DNA from: Parcubacteria bacterium C7867-004
GTDB taxonomy: Bacteria; Patescibacteriota; Minisyncoccia; Phycocordibacterales; Phycocordibacteraceae
Reading direction: 5' to 3'
NCBI GenBank assembly: GCA_001189075.1
Contig: LFCN01000004.1
Location: forward strand, 1-53,646
Length of the DNA: 53,646 nucleotides
Position numbers and translations under genes: made by a program. The notes below the pieces were generated by a model. It was not told where the DNA came from. It was given only the letters and a program-made list of their open reading frames with translations, and did not search any database. This document shows positions 52,080 to 53,646 of the stretch, one piece after another. The stretch's first letter is position 1. The number at the start of each line of letters is the position of its first letter.

Positions 52080-53646
52080 CGCATATGTTTCAGGTCTTAT
52101 AAGTACTCTAGGTATCAGTGTCAAAAATACCTCGGGTACTCTTTCCTTCCTACCGTCTACAACCGCACTGCTTGTGAACGCTGATCCTGCGCAAGTAAAT
52201 CGAGCTGCGCGTTTCACCAGCTCTCCTTATACTATCGATATTGCTGATGTTAGCAGCGGTTTTGGGCTTAGTTCTTCAGATGGAACTAACATTGCATTTC
52301 TCAGTGATACTCCTACCGGAGCGGGCATAAACGTGACCGGAGGTACGTATGGTGTATATGCACCTTCAGCAACAAATAAGAATTACTTTGGAGGTTCGGT
52401 CGGTATCGGCACCACCACACCTGGTTCGCTTCTCTCTATCCAGGGCGTCGCTAACTTCGGTACCGCAACCTCCACCTTCTACTCCAGCGGAGGACTCAAT
52501 CTTACGGGCGGCGGTTGCTACGCCATAAACGGAACCTGCATCGGCGGTTTCACTAACACCCTCGCCAACGGCGGCACCGCCACCACCACCTTCTATAACG
52601 GCGGCGTAGTTTTCTCTGATGGTACGAAGCTTACGCAGTCTTCGAGTCTCGCCAACTTCTTCTGGAGCGAATCGAACGCGCGTCTCGGACTCGGTTCTTC
52701 GACGCCGTGGGCGCAGCTGTCCGTCAATCCGAACGGAATTACGGGTCCTGCATTCGCAATTGGGTCTTCGACCGCGACGAGCTTCATGGTTACGAACGGG
52801 GGACGGGTAGGTATCGGCACTTCTTCCCCATACGCTGTCCTCTCGCTAACTGGCCCCGCGACTGCTGATGGTCAGGCTGCAACTCCGTTCCTTGGCCTCT
52901 TTGGATCTGCGGGAGGCATAACGGCCGGTGGCAATGGAGGTGCAGGGGCACGGGGCATTATTAAAGCTGGAGAGGGAGGATCTACCGATACTGATTTCAC
53001 CGATGGCGGTGCTGGTGGACTACTAACCTTCTCTGCTGGAAAGGGAGGATATTCTGGCGGATTCTTGGGTAACGGCGGTACTGGTGGCGCACTAAATCTC
53101 TTTGGAGGAAATGGGGGAGATGCAGTGGATGGTTTCAGCTCGTATGGAGGAGGTGGCGCTGTGAATATAACCGCCGGTGCGGCCGGAACGACCGGAATCG
53201 TCGGCGGCCCTGGAGGAAATGTAGTGATAAATGGAGGCGATGCTCCAACCAATACGCTCGATGGCAACGTCCTTCTCGCGAATCTGCGCGGAAAGGTGGC
53301 CGTCGGTTCGACCTCGCCATACGCCAAGCTCTCAATCCATGCCGCTGACGGCGCGACCGATGGTGCACTCTTTGCTATCGGCTCCTCGACTGCTGCCGCA
53401 ACCACGACACTCTTTACTATCGGCAACACCGGTATACTCACTTCGACCGCTTCAGCAACCTCGACCTTCTCGAGCGGCCTTTCGGTAGCGGCGCTCAGCA
53501 TCACCGGCTCCGCTACCTCGACTGCAGCTAACGGATTCAACATCACCGGAGGCTGCTACGCCATCAACGGCACGTGCGTCGGCGCCGGCTCCTTCTCAAA
53601 TACCCTCGGCGCAGGAGGTACCGGCACCACCACCTTCTACAACGGC
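51997..53646 (+). CDS. Continuation of the giant protein in the +1 frame, open to the window edge (partial; about 550 codons without a stop)
   Basis: I translated this frame codon by codon and found no stop from 51997 to 53646. It encodes the same module motifs (VGIGTTTPGSLLSIQGVANFGTATSTFY, ANGGTATTTFYNGGVVFSDGTKLTQSS, PWAQLSVNPNGITGPAFAIGS). Repeat copy 3 sits at offset 730 (= 1 mod 3) from copy 2. Confidence 0.75.
52420..52725 (+). repeat. ~306-bp direct repeat, copy 3 (more diverged, +1 frame relative to copies 1-2)
   Basis: Same peptide module. A further partial copy starts at ~53500 and is cut by the window end. Confidence 0.9.

Noticed and set aside
50200-52725. Diversity-generating retroelement (template/variable repeat pair) as the explanation for the near-identical repeats.
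   Set aside because: Differences between copies are not adenine-specific (C/T, C/G and T/C changes occur in patches). No reverse transcriptase gene is in the window. The repeats are in-frame structural modules rather than a C-terminal variable region.
46680-53646. CRISPR array or non-coding tandem repeat.
   Set aside because: The repeats are ~300 bp, irregularly spaced (0.7-3 kb) and maintain an open reading frame with conserved peptide motifs. No cas genes are present.
43317-53646. Prophage tail-fibre gene or a prophage remnant.
   Set aside because: Only the repeat motifs are tail-fibre-like. No capsid, portal, terminase, integrase or baseplate genes flank it. The protein also has a cellular membrane-anchor architecture.

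Overview
The window reads as a compact, gene-dense, fairly G+C-rich bacterial genome. I think it is a Candidate Phyla Radiation / Patescibacteria (Parcubacteria-like) lineage, based on a very divergent 16S, a 16S unlinked from 23S, and the gene content. All function calls come from motif recognition in the translations; no database search was run.

Layout:
- 1-1097: 3' ~600 nt of a 16S rRNA gene, a structured spacer, tRNA-Ile(GAU) and two intrinsic terminators. No 23S follows.
- 1.1-9.8 kb: housekeeping and cell-wall genes (PrcB-like, murD, Nudix, murC, an orphan helical protein, rsmI, two envelope proteins, a soluble VirD4/TraG-like ATPase).
- 9.95-35.1 kb: a ~25-kb glycan-biosynthesis island. 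It holds 9 glycosyltransferases, 5 methyltransferases, three sugar-nucleotide SDR enzymes (two as fusions), a truncated UGDH-like dehydrogenase, a deacetylase, a flippase, a GT2/GtrA/GT-C trio and a Wzy_C-TPR membrane protein. It is translationally coupled to murB.
- 36.3-41.6 kb: a 53-aa Lys/Ala-rich histone-H1-like gene that the ORF track missed, then secA, obg and gatB.
- 41.7-53.6 kb: the most unusual part. Two neighbouring proteins each start with an Xis/MerR-type HTH followed by one TM helix. One is 291 aa. The other is a giant (>3,400-codon) modular surface-fibre protein that runs off the window. A 686-bp AT-rich spacer with a perfect 30-bp palindrome separates them.

The giant gene is built from near-identical ~0.3-kb repeats with a gene-conversion-like mosaic pattern. 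It also contains a 7-blade LVIVD-type propeller, A+T-richer unique cassettes, and one frame break exactly at a repeat boundary (51996).

Genome-style observations:
- The 16S 3' tail lacks the CCUCC anti-Shine-Dalgarno core.
- Almost no genes have SD motifs.
- Seven operon-leading genes have a -10-like hexamer 6-9 nt before the ATG, which suggests leaderless mRNAs.
- At least 9 gene junctions are ATGA/TAATG overlaps.
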